From the NCBI GenBank assembly GCA_050950765.1, contig JBMNIF010000003.1, positions 96,001-160,000 on the forward strand: DNA of 64,000 nucleotides. Reading direction: 5' to 3'. The notes below the pieces were generated by a model. That model had not been told where the DNA came from. It did not search any database and saw only the letters and a list, made by a program, of their open reading frames with translations. The position numbers and the translations under genes are program-made. Positions 20,202-30,512 of this stretch are shown here, in pieces. Each line of letters opens with the position of its first letter. Position 1 is the first letter of the stretch. The DNA is from Bdellovibrionota bacterium (GTDB taxonomy: Bacteria; Bdellovibrionota_C; UBA2361; JAAYZI01).

Positions 20202-20905
20202 TTACAGTTATACCCGCCATAGACCTAATTGAGGGACGTTGCGTCCGCTTAAGCAAAGGAGATTTCTCTAAAAAAACAGTGTACGGAGATCCATTAACTA
20301 TCGCCAAAACTTTTGCTGAAAGTGGTGCGAGATATCTACACTTAGTTGATCTAGATGGTGCTAAAGCAGGCTCTCCTCAACAGATACACCTCTTAGAGTC
20401 TATCGTAAAAGAGACACGGCTTAAGGTTGATTTTAGTGGTGGCATTCGCACCGATTCTGACATCAAAGCCGTATTTTCCGCAGGTGCCTCACAGATCACG
20501 CTAGGGAGTATTGCTCTTAAAAACCCTGAACTCTTTTATCAGTGGTTAGATGAGTATGGTGCAGAAAAAATTATTTTAGCTTCTGATTTTCGAGATGGCT
20601 TGATAGCTCTTTCAGGTTGGACTGAAGCCTCAGAGGTATCGTTACACGATTTTTTAACAACTTTTGTTAAGCGTGGTGGAATTTATACACTTTGCACAGA
20701 TATCTCTCGTGATGGAATGTTAAGTGGACCTGCTTTAAACACCTATCAAGAGATACAAAAAACCTTTCCTACCTTAAAGATCATCGCAAGTGGCGGTATT
20801 AGCTCAAGGAGTGATATCACTGCCCTAAACCAACTCGGACTTTATGGGGTTGTAGTCGGAAAAGCTTTTTTTGAAGGAAAGATCCCCCTTTCCTGTTTTA
20901 ACTGA
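20198..20905 (+). CDS. hisA: ProFAR isomerase
   Basis: VIPAIDLIEGRCVRLSKGD, LHLVDLDGA, SGGIR, CTDISRDGMLSGP, IASGGIS. Confidence 0.95.
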   Translation: MITVIPAIDLIEGRCVRLSKGDFSKKTVYGDPLTIAKTFAESGARYLHLVDLDGAKAGSPQQIHLLESIVKETRLKVDFSGGIRTDSDIKAVFSAGASQITLGSIALKNPELFYQWLDEYGAEKIILASDFRDGLIALSGWTEASEVSLHDFLTTFVKRGGIYTLCTDISRDGMLSGPALNTYQEIQKTFPTLKIIASGGISSRSDITALNQLGLYGVVVGKAFFEGKIPLSCFN

Positions 20906-21253
20906 ACAATAGATCGATTTTTTTCTCTAGCACTCCCTCTCAAATGGTATAACTACTGGGATTTATTGTTTTTTATTTATTTAACGGACGTTCTCCTTAT
21001 CTTCCCATCTTAGCCATCTTGTAATATCATCACTCTGTTTAAGCGAATAACTATTTTTATAAGTTGCTGCTATTTATCCTATTAAAATTATTCTCTTTTT
21101 ATGGTGAATTAATAAATAATGCCTTAGTTCATTTTTTCAGCAGCAAAACATCAAGGTACTACGATTATAGGGCACAGATATAAAAAAGGGATTTAATTCA
21201 ATTGAATTGAATCGGTAATATAAAACAATGGGGAGTATTTTAGTGAGTTTATC

Positions 21254-21658
21254 ATGATTACAAAAAAAGAAATTAAAGAAAAATATCTTAATATTTGTCA
21301 GAAAGTTAGTTCTGCTTACATTGCACCAACAAAATCACAGGCGCAATTTATGTTATTCGCCTTTGGTGTTGTCTTGTTAGCAGCAGGTTTATCTCTTGAT
21401 GCCACGGCATATGTAGGTGGTTCAGCAACAATCAACTACAATGATGTCCGTTTATCTGATGCAACAAACGCCATCTTGACCTATATCGAAGGAACCTTCG
21501 GTGCTATGGTTATGGTCGGTGCCGGTATCATGGCGATTTTAAGCTCTGCCTTTGGTCAATACCGTGCAGCTTTAGGGTTATTAGTCGTCGCAGTTGGAGC
21601 TTTCATCTTACGTTCTCTGATCGGAACGTTCTTTAACGACGTTAATATCCAGAGTTAA
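21254..21658 (+). CDS. TrbC/VirB2-like pilin or small membrane protein
   Basis: Long leader with hydrophobic segment, then ILTYIEGTFGAMVMVGAGIMAILSSAFGQYRAALGLLVVAVGAFILRSL (two TM helices joined by a short G-x-x-R loop). Confidence 0.55.
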   Translation: MITKKEIKEKYLNICQKVSSAYIAPTKSQAQFMLFAFGVVLLAAGLSLDATAYVGGSATINYNDVRLSDATNAILTYIEGTFGAMVMVGAGIMAILSSAFGQYRAALGLLVVAVGAFILRSLIGTFFNDVNIQS

Positions 21659-21710
21659 GCTTTATATTTAGAGGTGTTTGAGAAACACCACTAATTTATA
21701 AGACAAGATA

Positions 21711-21752
21711 GGGGAAAAGGTTCTATTATGAAACTTTTCCCCTTATTTTTTT
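21711..21752 (+). terminator. Intrinsic terminator after the pilin-like gene
   Basis: GGGGAAAAG...CTTTTCCCC followed by a T-run. Confidence 0.7.
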
Positions 21753-21910
21753 CATACAAAGATCTTACCCCCCTCTCAAATAAAAGATATCACTTCCTTA
21801 GGAAACACCTCTTAGGTGTATAATTTTTTTTATTCAAGGATAAGATCTATGGCTTTAACTTAGATTAGAAATGTGGACGGAGAGAGGTTCAAATAAGTTC
21901 TGTCACTACC

Positions 21911-21946
21911 AAAAAAGGCACCCCATTTAGAGGTGCCTTTTCTTTT
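21911..21946 (-). terminator. Intrinsic terminator after the RRM gene (possibly bidirectional)
   Basis: AAAAAAGGCACC...GGTGCCTTTTCTTTT. Confidence 0.75.
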
Positions 21947-21970
21947 GTCAAATTATTATGTTCAGATACT

Positions 21971-22351
21971 TTAGTATTTAGAACCACCGTGACGAGGACC
22001 ACCACGGCTTCCGCCACGATCGCCACCTCTGTCACCACCGCGGAATCCTCCGCCACGACCACCACGATCGCCGCCACCTCTAAAGCCGCCACGACCACCA
22101 CCGGCAACTTGAGGACGAGCCTCGTTAATCTTTAAGTTTTTTCCATCAAGCTCATAACCATCAAGATCCTCGATAGCTTGCATGGCCTCAGCATCATCGT
22201 TAAATTCAACGAATCCGAAACCACGAGATTCACCAGAAAACTTATCAGTAATAATCTTTACTGAAGCTACAGAACTATAGGCTGCAAAAGCGTCCCGAAG
22301 AGCTTCTTCGGAAGTCCGATAGGAGATATTCCCCACATACAATTTTTTCAT
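21971..22351 (-). CDS. RRM RNA-binding protein with a Gly/Arg-rich tail (Rbp-like)
   Basis: RNP2 KLYVGNI, RNP1 RGFGFVEF, KINEARP, RGG repeats. Confidence 0.95.
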   Translation of the reverse strand: MKKLYVGNISYRTSEEALRDAFAAYSSVASVKIITDKFSGESRGFGFVEFNDDAEAMQAIEDLDGYELDGKNLKINEARPQVAGGGRGGFRGGGDRGGRGGGFRGGDRGGDRGGSRGGPRHGGSKY

Positions 22352-22809
22352 TATTATCTCTCAAAGAAAGTATTCAAAATTTATCACCTCGGGCAAATAC
22401 TAACCGATACCACTTACAATAGTATAAGAGATATCAATAAATCCCCATTCGTTGTTCGAGATTGGACTCAGACGGAATTGCAACCGAGCGATCTGACAGA
22501 CTAACGGTGATAAACAGATCCAATCTAACACCGTTCGCCACTTTATACAAGCAAAGATATTATCCCGTTTATACCTTAAATCTGGTGTAACTATCTGAAA
22601 AAGATTCAGAAATCTTAAGAAAGAGCTACTTTGTAATTCACCTCACTAAGGGTGTGAAAGGGAGTGTAAGGAAGGAAGAAAGAGGTGTTTTTAGAATGAG
22701 ATAACTAAGAAGGAGAGTGTAAAGAGGTGCAAATTCAGATACTAGATAGATGAGTATAAAACTACGATAGATAAGGGGCGAGGGAGTTTTTATTAGGTGA
22801 AGTAAAAAC

Positions 22810-24291
22810 TCAATTCAGAGACTCCTTTACCTGTTCCTCCCAAAGTGATGTTTTATCAGAGCTCCCTAATTTTAATAGCTTCACACCTTCTAAGGCGGTC
22901 AAAATAGAATCATCCATATTATTATATTTGTGTTGACCGTTTCGCCCTATGCAATACAGATTACTTATCGTGTTCAAGTAGTCTTTAATATCACCAAAAT
23001 ATTCATACACTCCAAAATATGCAGGATACGCTTTCTCCACCCTTATCATAGTTGTGTCCAGCACCTGCGTCTCATCAATAAAATCTAATTTTACAAGCTC
23101 TTTTATTGCATACTGTATAAAATCTTTATCATTCATACTCCACAGTGCATCACCCTCACTACAAAAATATTCGAGCCCTACCAACGTTGTATGTTCAGGA
23201 TCTCTTAATAAATAAGGGGACCAGTTACTAAAGATTTGTATGCGACCTAAACTAAGAGTATCGTCTTGAACATATATCCAATTATCAGGGAATGCTGCTA
23301 TTTTACTCTTACTTGGATCTTTTTTTAAGAGAACTCCAACTATAATAAAATCTCTATAAGGCAAATTATTAGAGATCTCTGTGATCTCTTTTGAGGCAGG
23401 GAGTAAAGAGATCAATTCAGAGATCGGCATAGAAGAAAATAGTGCGTCGCACTCAATTTTTGTTATTTCACCACCATTATTCTTATACGTTATATCTTTG
23501 ATACTTTCTTGGGTATCATCTAAGGTAATTGAGGCTACGCGACTATTAAGTATAACTTCACCACCATTTTTAATAACCTCAGCAGCTATTTTTTCATACA
23601 ACTGACCTAGACCGTATTTGGGATACCAAAAAGTATCTATCAGCGATGTCGTATCAGTTTTATATCTCTTATTAAAGATCTTTCTTAACGCTTCAGAACA
23701 AACTTTCATAATAGATAGAGATTTTATCCTTTGATCCCCCCAAGATGGCGAAATATATCTTGGATGTTTTCCCCAGACCTTCTCTGTATATTTTTCAAAA
23801 AATAACCTATATAAAGTTTTCCCGAAACGCTTTATATAAAAATCTTCAAGGGTATTACATTTTTTACGATAAAACATGGCTAGAAAATAACTAACTGCAC
23901 TTCTAAGTGTCCTTCCTAACCCTAAGTTAATAAATGTAATAGGCTCGATAGTAATTGGATAGGAAAAAAACTTTCCAAAAGCGAATATCCTTGAAATTCT
24001 GTTCCTTACTAACATCACATCATCTGAATTAGCATTATTATTGCTCTGTTCATTTTGCAATGGAAGAAAATAACACCAAAAGTCATTTACAACAGAGCTT
24101 TTGGAAAAAAAACGGTGTCCTCCTAAATCTATACAGTTCCCATTAAAGTTAACCGTTTTACTAATTCCTCCAACTTGAGAATCTTTTTCTATTACTGTTA
24201 CTTGATATCTTTTATCTTTTGAAAGCTCATATGCGGCAGCTAAACCAGCAGGACCACCACCAATTATCACTATCTTTTTTATTTTACCCAT
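22810..24291 (-). CDS. FAD-dependent oxidoreductase (amine oxidase/protoporphyrinogen oxidase-like)
   Basis: IIGGGPAGLAAAYEL, VGGISKT, DLGGHRFFSK, YTEKVWG, DNWIY, GRNGQHKYNNMDDS. Confidence 0.85.
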   Translation of the reverse strand: MGKIKKIVIIGGGPAGLAAAYELSKDKRYQVTVIEKDSQVGGISKTVNFNGNCIDLGGHRFFSKSSVVNDFWCYFLPLQNEQSNNNANSDDVMLVRNRISRIFAFGKFFSYPITIEPITFINLGLGRTLRSAVSYFLAMFYRKKCNTLEDFYIKRFGKTLYRLFFEKYTEKVWGKHPRYISPSWGDQRIKSLSIMKVCSEALRKIFNKRYKTDTTSLIDTFWYPKYGLGQLYEKIAAEVIKNGGEVILNSRVASITLDDTQESIKDITYKNNGGEITKIECDALFSSMPISELISLLPASKEITEISNNLPYRDFIIVGVLLKKDPSKSKIAAFPDNWIYVQDDTLSLGRIQIFSNWSPYLLRDPEHTTLVGLEYFCSEGDALWSMNDKDFIQYAIKELVKLDFIDETQVLDTTMIRVEKAYPAYFGVYEYFGDIKDYLNTISNLYCIGRNGQHKYNNMDDSILTALEGVKLLKLGSSDKTSLWEEQVKESLN

Positions 24292-24473
24292 ATTTTAAAA
24301 TTACAAAAAACATAATATTCCTGTTGGTTCAAAAATAAATCGGAATTTATGGATTGATTATATATTTCTTAAAACAATGGCAAAAGACTCTTATTTCTAT
24401 CAGCTAGATCTCTTTCAACTATGCAATTTTCTTTAGTAAATATGCTGGATCTATCTTATCTTCTTTCTATTTA

Positions 24474-26822
24474 TTATTGAAGCTTAATTCCCACATCTCG
24501 AATTTTCTCTCGAATCTGCTTACGTAAGCGTGCCGTAGGTTCAACTTTTAAAGCATCCAATAATATTTTCAACTGTATCGAATCTGTTGGATTAAGTCGA
24601 GCGTACGCCATAGCACGAGCTAAAGGTTCCTTATGTTGCACCAACTCTTTTAAAGTCTCATTAGAACTATTCCACTCTTTATCTTTTAAATACCGCGTAA
24701 CAGCGACATTAAAAGGATCGTCAATAAACATCTTTCGTGCTAAGAGAAGTTTTAGGGAAGTGTTTAAGTCTGGCTCAAGCTCAAACCATTCTTCAAACAA
24801 CCTGTACTGCAAGTTTTTTTTCATTGCTATGGTTGAAACAAATGACACTAGCTGTTTTCTTGTTAATGGAAGGTTAGGATCTACCAAGACTGCTATCGTA
24901 TCTTGACTATTTTTAGGAAGAAAACGTTTTAATAGAAGTGCCGCAGCCGAAGCTTTTATTTCAGCATCAGGACACGTCAAAAGATCAGCATAATCTTCAA
25001 CCTTTAAAGATTCGTCCATAGGAAGATCTGACATAAAGAGCTTCATCTTTATAGGGGTAGGTTTTATTTTCCAATTAACAGGGCTGGGAGCGTTAATCCA
25101 ATCCGTCAACTTTCGCCCCACCCCGTTACCTCTGGAGATAGCCTCAAAGATCTGTTCCCCTGAAAACTTTTGATGCGGAAACGAACTTATTAAAAGGATC
25201 TGTTTTACCAAAACATTTTGATCTTTTATCGCACTAAAAAACGTAGTTAACTCTTCGGGAGAGGCCATGCCTGTTAAGATCTTGGCGGCTGCAATCGTAA
25301 CGTCATCCCCTAAAGAGGTACCCTTATCCATATCTTCAAAAATAGTTCCGATCGGAGCGACTAAAGTGAAGAGAACCTGTACAGAAATTTTATTTAGATC
25401 TTCAAGGTTATTTTTACCATCTCGAGTGGCAACTATGGCAAAAAGAACCCCTGGATGAAGCCCTTCAAGGCTCGGCACAACAGAAGAGTCCTGCATAATA
25501 TTAGAGAGCCCCAAATGAAACGCTATCGATCGATCTCTCTCATTAAGTTTAGACTCCCACCGAGAATCAAAGGCGATCTGTAATAGATCAACTTGCACCC
25601 CCGCTTTACGCCCTCCACTCATAACATCTTTTTGAATAATTAACTGCGCATTAATATCCCCGTTCACGGCAGCTTCAGCCACCTTTGCCATCACCGAAGG
25701 AATTCCTGTTTGCCACAATTCGCCATATGAAGCCCCTGAAAGGGTTTTAGGATCTAAAGAAAGATATCCATTTCTAAAAAGGATAAAGCCAGCTGCTAAA
25801 ACGGTCACAATAAGAAGCCACAGAAAACTTCCTTCTTTTTTCTTAGGAGAACTCTCTACGTCGTCTTTTTTTTCAGGGGTAGCAATACTACTACCTTGAG
25901 AAGGTTTTAGAACTTCCCCCGCACTACTATCACTCGTCCCCCCTTCAGATTTAAGAGAATCTTGCTGAACGGAGAGATTTTCGCCTAGAACTCGACCGAG
26001 ACGCAACTCATCATCAGGTGCTGCTTTTTGAAAAGCACTCTGCTTATGCGACATCTTTGGCTCTGAAGAAAACACCTTTCTAACCATCCGTATATTCGGA
26101 CGACGTGCCGGAACGGGATCAAGCATAGCTTGTAAGATCTCATATTGTTCCGGAGTTAACATCCTCCCCAACACCTCTTGAAAGATAAGCCCCAATCCAA
26201 AGATATCTGTTGCCTTAGAGATCGAAGTGTTTTGCAACAACTCAGGCGCAAAATCTTCCACACTGCTACGCGTAGCATGCACCGCAGCAAACGCAAAATC
26301 CACAACGTTTACTGTTTCAGAGTCTATAGCAATATTAGACAAGGAAAGGTGTCCGTGCACTATACCTGAATTGTGCCAAAAATTAACGGCTTTCAGTAAT
26401 TGCGAGATCAGATCTTGTGTTGAAATGCCGATAGCTGCTTTATAAAAAGCACCGAACTCGGCTAATGTCTTTTGATAAAACGGTCGAGCTTGCCAGATAC
26501 GATGACCAATAACACCTGCTGCCGTAATCGAGACGGAGTGCAAATTAGGCAAACGTTTCAAAAGATCATCAATCTCTGAAAAGAAAGTATTATCGAAGGA
26601 TCTTTCAGGATTACTAAAACGGATTACCTTTAACTCACCAGCATCAAGGATGAGGGGTCTAATATCCCAATCTGACGCTCCTACAATAGCACCTACAAAC
26701 ACTCCTGAAAGTTCAGTTAAGGCGATATACTCTTCAGCCAATTTCTTTTGCTCAGAAGAAAGCACCTCCGGTGTTATCACTAACGGTGCTTGAGCGATAT
26801 GTCGATCACCTCTAAAATCCAT
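24474..26822 (-). CDS. Membrane-anchored kinase-fold (pseudokinase) protein with a large helical C-terminal domain
   Basis: IVHGHLSLSNIAID, VVDFAF, APE, TDIFGLG, DPVPARRP; TM FLWLLIVTVLAAGFILF; HEAT-like C-terminus. Confidence 0.7.
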   Translation of the reverse strand: MDFRGDRHIAQAPLVITPEVLSSEQKKLAEEYIALTELSGVFVGAIVGASDWDIRPLILDAGELKVIRFSNPERSFDNTFFSEIDDLLKRLPNLHSVSITAAGVIGHRIWQARPFYQKTLAEFGAFYKAAIGISTQDLISQLLKAVNFWHNSGIVHGHLSLSNIAIDSETVNVVDFAFAAVHATRSSVEDFAPELLQNTSISKATDIFGLGLIFQEVLGRMLTPEQYEILQAMLDPVPARRPNIRMVRKVFSSEPKMSHKQSAFQKAAPDDELRLGRVLGENLSVQQDSLKSEGGTSDSSAGEVLKPSQGSSIATPEKKDDVESSPKKKEGSFLWLLIVTVLAAGFILFRNGYLSLDPKTLSGASYGELWQTGIPSVMAKVAEAAVNGDINAQLIIQKDVMSGGRKAGVQVDLLQIAFDSRWESKLNERDRSIAFHLGLSNIMQDSSVVPSLEGLHPGVLFAIVATRDGKNNLEDLNKISVQVLFTLVAPIGTIFEDMDKGTSLGDDVTIAAAKILTGMASPEELTTFFSAIKDQNVLVKQILLISSFPHQKFSGEQIFEAISRGNGVGRKLTDWINAPSPVNWKIKPTPIKMKLFMSDLPMDESLKVEDYADLLTCPDAEIKASAAALLLKRFLPKNSQDTIAVLVDPNLPLTRKQLVSFVSTIAMKKNLQYRLFEEWFELEPDLNTSLKLLLARKMFIDDPFNVAVTRYLKDKEWNSSNETLKELVQHKEPLARAMAYARLNPTDSIQLKILLDALKVEPTARLRKQIREKIRDVGIKLQ

Positions 26823-27210
26823 AGTATCCCGTCGCTTTTTCCACAGGGCGGCACAAGAGAAAGTATTTTTACGCCTACTTTTTAAAATTCACAGCGGTGA
26901 TCTTATCTGGAACACCATAAATAAAAAAAACGTCTCCTCTTATGTTATATCACTCTGCCTAATTCTTTCAATTAAGAGAATAAAAATAGATCTTTTTTCT
27001 TTATTAGGGGGAAAAATCAGTTTTCTCTTGATATTAAACATCCAAAGGACTCCCACAGAGAGCTCCTATATGTTAAAATCATGCGATCTTTAAAGGTGCA
27101 GCTGTTTCACTCTATTTCTACTTTTGCGGTATAAAAGACGTTTTGCTATAAACTACATCCGTTTATGTACTTAATACGATTTATGTTTTTTTATTTATTT
27201 ATACTTTTCT

Positions 27211-30200
27211 ATGTTAATAAGTGAATTACAAGGTTATTTAAAGAAGCAAGCCCCCTACTCTGTGCTGGATACGGGGGTAGAGCTTGCCGACAACGGTTTT
27301 GTTAACAATCTTCAAAAAGAAGGTCGGCTTGTTCAAGGAGTTATATCAGATAAAAATGCAGAGACTTTTGCTGCATCCTTAGAAATTATCAGCCCCGCTC
27401 AACTTAAAGCCACTTGTGCCTGCTGCAGTACTGAAGATCTGGAAGAGCAGTGGTGTGCGCACGTAGTAGCACTACTGATTGAAGCGGTAGAAGAACACCT
27501 CATCAACCCCTATTCAGATCTGGCCATTCAAGATACATATCGCATTAACACCTCCTCTCCGGTAGAGATCGCCTCCATTCTCCGTCAAGTCCCGATCAAT
27601 AAAGAACACAAGCCAACAGAAGAAGCGTTTTATCCAGATGTGACAATTTTATTAGATCTTCAGAGGGAACGCTTGGGAGTTCAAGTGCTTTTTAACGGAG
27701 ATATTCAATACCCCGCTTTTAAAAATCAGAACGGTGCTGTTTCTTCACGTGCTTTAGATCGGATCTTTATGCAGATCTTAGAGGATGAAGGGCATTGGGA
27801 TGATGAAATGAACCTGTGGTTTATCAATTCCAGTAAAGAGATGGAACTTATTCTGGGAATTGCACAGGAGTATAAAAATGTACTTACCATAGATACAAAC
27901 AAACAGGTTCAGATCGCTCAAGAAGCGTTAGATGCTCGGATTACAATTGAATGGCTTGAGTCTGCGGCAGAATTAGTTTTGTGGTGGATCTTACCGGATA
28001 ATACCTCCCAAATAAAATTAAATCCGTTACTTGGTTCCGATCCGTACTGGACCGTAATCGGCACAACTATCTACAAGCTATCACTACAAGCCACACAACT
28101 AGCAGCGATCTTTCCTTTCTCCTCTTCCCTTACGATCCCAAAAAGTCAGATGGGGCCGATCTTAGAAGTGCTACAAAGTTCAGAGGATAGGTATGGCAAT
28201 ATCGTCGTTAATAGTGAGGCACAACCTGAGTGCGAAGTAAAAGATCCTACGCCGATCCTTGATATCGCACAATGCGATTCACACGGTGAACACTTTGCTT
28301 CAGATCGTTTATTAGAGCTACGTGCTTTTCTAAAATTTGAATATCCCGATCCGCCAACTGATAGGAATGTTGTCTACATCCCTAATAGAGAACTAGAGCA
28401 GGAGTGTTGCGATCTTCTAACAAACCTCGGATTCTCTATGGACACAGAAGATAATAGCTATCTTATATCAGGTGATGCTGCTCTAGATCTTATATCGACC
28501 AAAGAATCTCCCTTTCCTAAAACGTGGCAGGTTTCAGGGCTTTCCATCATAAAGAAAACTTTACGCTTTGCAGACCTATCTCTCAGTATAGATCTTTCAG
28601 CGCACTCCGATGATAAAGATACGAAAAGAAAGAAAACAACCGGCATTAATTGGTTTGATTGTAATATCTCCCTTACTCAAAATTGTGCCACTGTTCCCTT
28701 AAGTATGATCTTCAGAAACCTGCGCGCAGTTACAGACAAATGGGTCAGGTTAGATAGCGGAGCTTATGCTAAAGTCCCTGGAGGCGGTCTAGCACAATTA
28801 AAGACCACTCTCGGTATGTTGGATCCGAACTATAAACTTAGCAAATCCATAGATACCCAGATTAGCACAGCTCAAGCGGTTAATTTCGCGCGTATTATCG
28901 ATCCATTTGTTAGCGTAAAGATGGATCAGAATTTAAAAACATTAACCACTAAATTACAAAACTTTAAAACGATTACAGCCATAGAGCCTAGCAAAAAATT
29001 TGCAGGAAAACTCCGCCCATACCAAAAGGAAGGATTAAGTTGGATGAACTTCCTAGCTGATTATGGATTGGATGGTATCTTGGCAGACGAAATGGGACTC
29101 GGTAAAACAGTTCAAACTCTTGCTCTTTTGCAAAGACTAAAATACACCACTTCTTCACATAAAAAGTTGCGCGATCCGGCGCTAATTATCGCTCCGACAT
29201 CAGTTATAACGAACTGGATGTATGAGGCTAAACGTTTTACTCCCGACTTAAAGGTTCTCTTACTACACGGCCCTGACCGTCGACATCATTTTGCAAATTT
29301 ACAAGATTACGACTTAGTTATCACCTCTTATGCACTTTTACGCTTAGATCGCTACGAGCTGGAACGTTATACTTGGAGCTACCTCATCTTAGATGAAGCT
29401 CAAAATATAAAAAATCCACAGGCTGCTACTACGAAAGCAGCTAAAGCACTTAATACTTCACGTAGATTAGCTTTAACAGGTACCCCAACGGAGAATCGTC
29501 CGATGGAGTTGTGGTCGATCATGGATTTTTTAATGCCGGGATATTTAGGAACTCACGATTTCTTTAAGAATTATATTGAAAAACCTATTATGGAACACGG
29601 GCCAGCTACTGAAATGGGGCAAGTTTTAAACTTAAAAACGAAACCTTTCCTCTTACGCCGTGTTAAATCTGAGGTGGAAAAAGATCTACCTGCTAAGATT
29701 GAATCAGTTTTACGCGTCCCGATGACGAATTCACAACGTCAACTTTATGTCAGCATCTTAAATGAGGTCAGACCTAAAGTCTTTGCAGAGGTCGAAAGAA
29801 AAGGGATCGCAGGCGCAACAGTTTCAATTTTATCAGCCCTGCTCCGCTTGCGGCAGGTCTGCAACCATCCGAATTCAATTGAAGCACTGAGCCTATCTGA
29901 AGAGTATGACTCCGGTAAGTTTAATTTACTAAAAGAGCTCGTTACAGAAGCTGTCGAAGCAAAACGTAAGATACTACTTTTTAGCCAGTTTAGAGCGATG
30001 CTAAGCATTATCTGCGATTGGTTAGATACACAATCATTTAAATACCTTTACTTAGATGGCACAACAAAAAACAGACAGGATATCGTTGATCGTTTTAATG
30101 AAGATGAAGAGCAACGTCTTTTCGTTATCAGCCTAAAGGCAGGTGGAACCGGTTTAAATCTAACAGCAGCGGATACCGTTATAATCTACGATCCGTGGTG

Positions 30201-30438
30201 GAATCCGGCAGTCGAAAGTCAGGCTGTTGATCGTGCACATAGAATAGGTCAGACCAAGAAAGTTTCGGTCTATCGACTGGTGACTGAAGATTCTGTTGAA
30301 CAAAAGATCATGGATCTAAAGAGGAAAAAGGCCCAAATAGTTGATGCCTTAATAAATAATAACGGACTGACTAGCTTAACTTTATCAAAGAAAGATCTGG
30401 AGAACTTCTTTAGTGGATTTCCAGTGGAAGAAGCATAA
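27211..30438 (+). CDS. SWIM zinc finger-SNF2 family helicase
   Basis: CACC...WCAH SWIM motif; LRPYQ, GILADEMGLGKT, LDEAQNIKN, LTGTPTEN, LRQVCNHP, SLKAGGTGLNLTAAD, DPWWNPAVESQAVDRAHRIGQ. Confidence 0.95.
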   Translation: MLISELQGYLKKQAPYSVLDTGVELADNGFVNNLQKEGRLVQGVISDKNAETFAASLEIISPAQLKATCACCSTEDLEEQWCAHVVALLIEAVEEHLINPYSDLAIQDTYRINTSSPVEIASILRQVPINKEHKPTEEAFYPDVTILLDLQRERLGVQVLFNGDIQYPAFKNQNGAVSSRALDRIFMQILEDEGHWDDEMNLWFINSSKEMELILGIAQEYKNVLTIDTNKQVQIAQEALDARITIEWLESAAELVLWWILPDNTSQIKLNPLLGSDPYWTVIGTTIYKLSLQATQLAAIFPFSSSLTIPKSQMGPILEVLQSSEDRYGNIVVNSEAQPECEVKDPTPILDIAQCDSHGEHFASDRLLELRAFLKFEYPDPPTDRNVVYIPNRELEQECCDLLTNLGFSMDTEDNSYLISGDAALDLISTKESPFPKTWQVSGLSIIKKTLRFADLSLSIDLSAHSDDKDTKRKKTTGINWFDCNISLTQNCATVPLSMIFRNLRAVTDKWVRLDSGAYAKVPGGGLAQLKTTLGMLDPNYKLSKSIDTQISTAQAVNFARIIDPFVSVKMDQNLKTLTTKLQNFKTITAIEPSKKFAGKLRPYQKEGLSWMNFLADYGLDGILADEMGLGKTVQTLALLQRLKYTTSSHKKLRDPALIIAPTSVITNWMYEAKRFTPDLKVLLLHGPDRRHHFANLQDYDLVITSYALLRLDRYELERYTWSYLILDEAQNIKNPQAATTKAAKALNTSRRLALTGTPTENRPMELWSIMDFLMPGYLGTHDFFKNYIEKPIMEHGPATEMGQVLNLKTKPFLLRRVKSEVEKDLPAKIESVLRVPMTNSQRQLYVSILNEVRPKVFAEVERKGIAGATVSILSALLRLRQVCNHPNSIEALSLSEEYDSGKFNLLKELVTEAVEAKRKILLFSQFRAMLSIICDWLDTQSFKYLYLDGTTKNRQDIVDRFNEDEEQRLFVISLKAGGTGLNLTAADTVIIYDPWWNPAVESQAVDRAHRIGQTKKVSVYRLVTEDSVEQKIMDLKRKKAQIVDALINNNGLTSLTLSKKDLENFFSGFPVEEA

Positions 30439-30466
30439 CCTCCCGTCCACTAGACTTTGCTTATAT

Positions 30467-30502
30467 ACCTGTAAGGCAAGAGACCTCCCCTGCCTTACAG
30501 GT
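30467..30502. terminator. Hairpin between convergent SNF2 and minE genes
   Basis: ACCTGTAAGGCA...TGCCTTACAGGT, a 12-bp perfect stem. Confidence 0.65.
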
Positions 30503-30512
30503 GTTTTAAGAT

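Noticed and set aside
20895..20990. hisF remnant after hisA
   Set aside because: No convincing match to the MLxKRIIPCLD start in any frame.
21975..22105. GC-rich short repeats
   Set aside because: Explained by the RGG/GGDR tail of the RRM protein.
22640..22800. Purine-rich strand-skewed intergenic tract
   Set aside because: No periodicity, ORF or fold that I could support.
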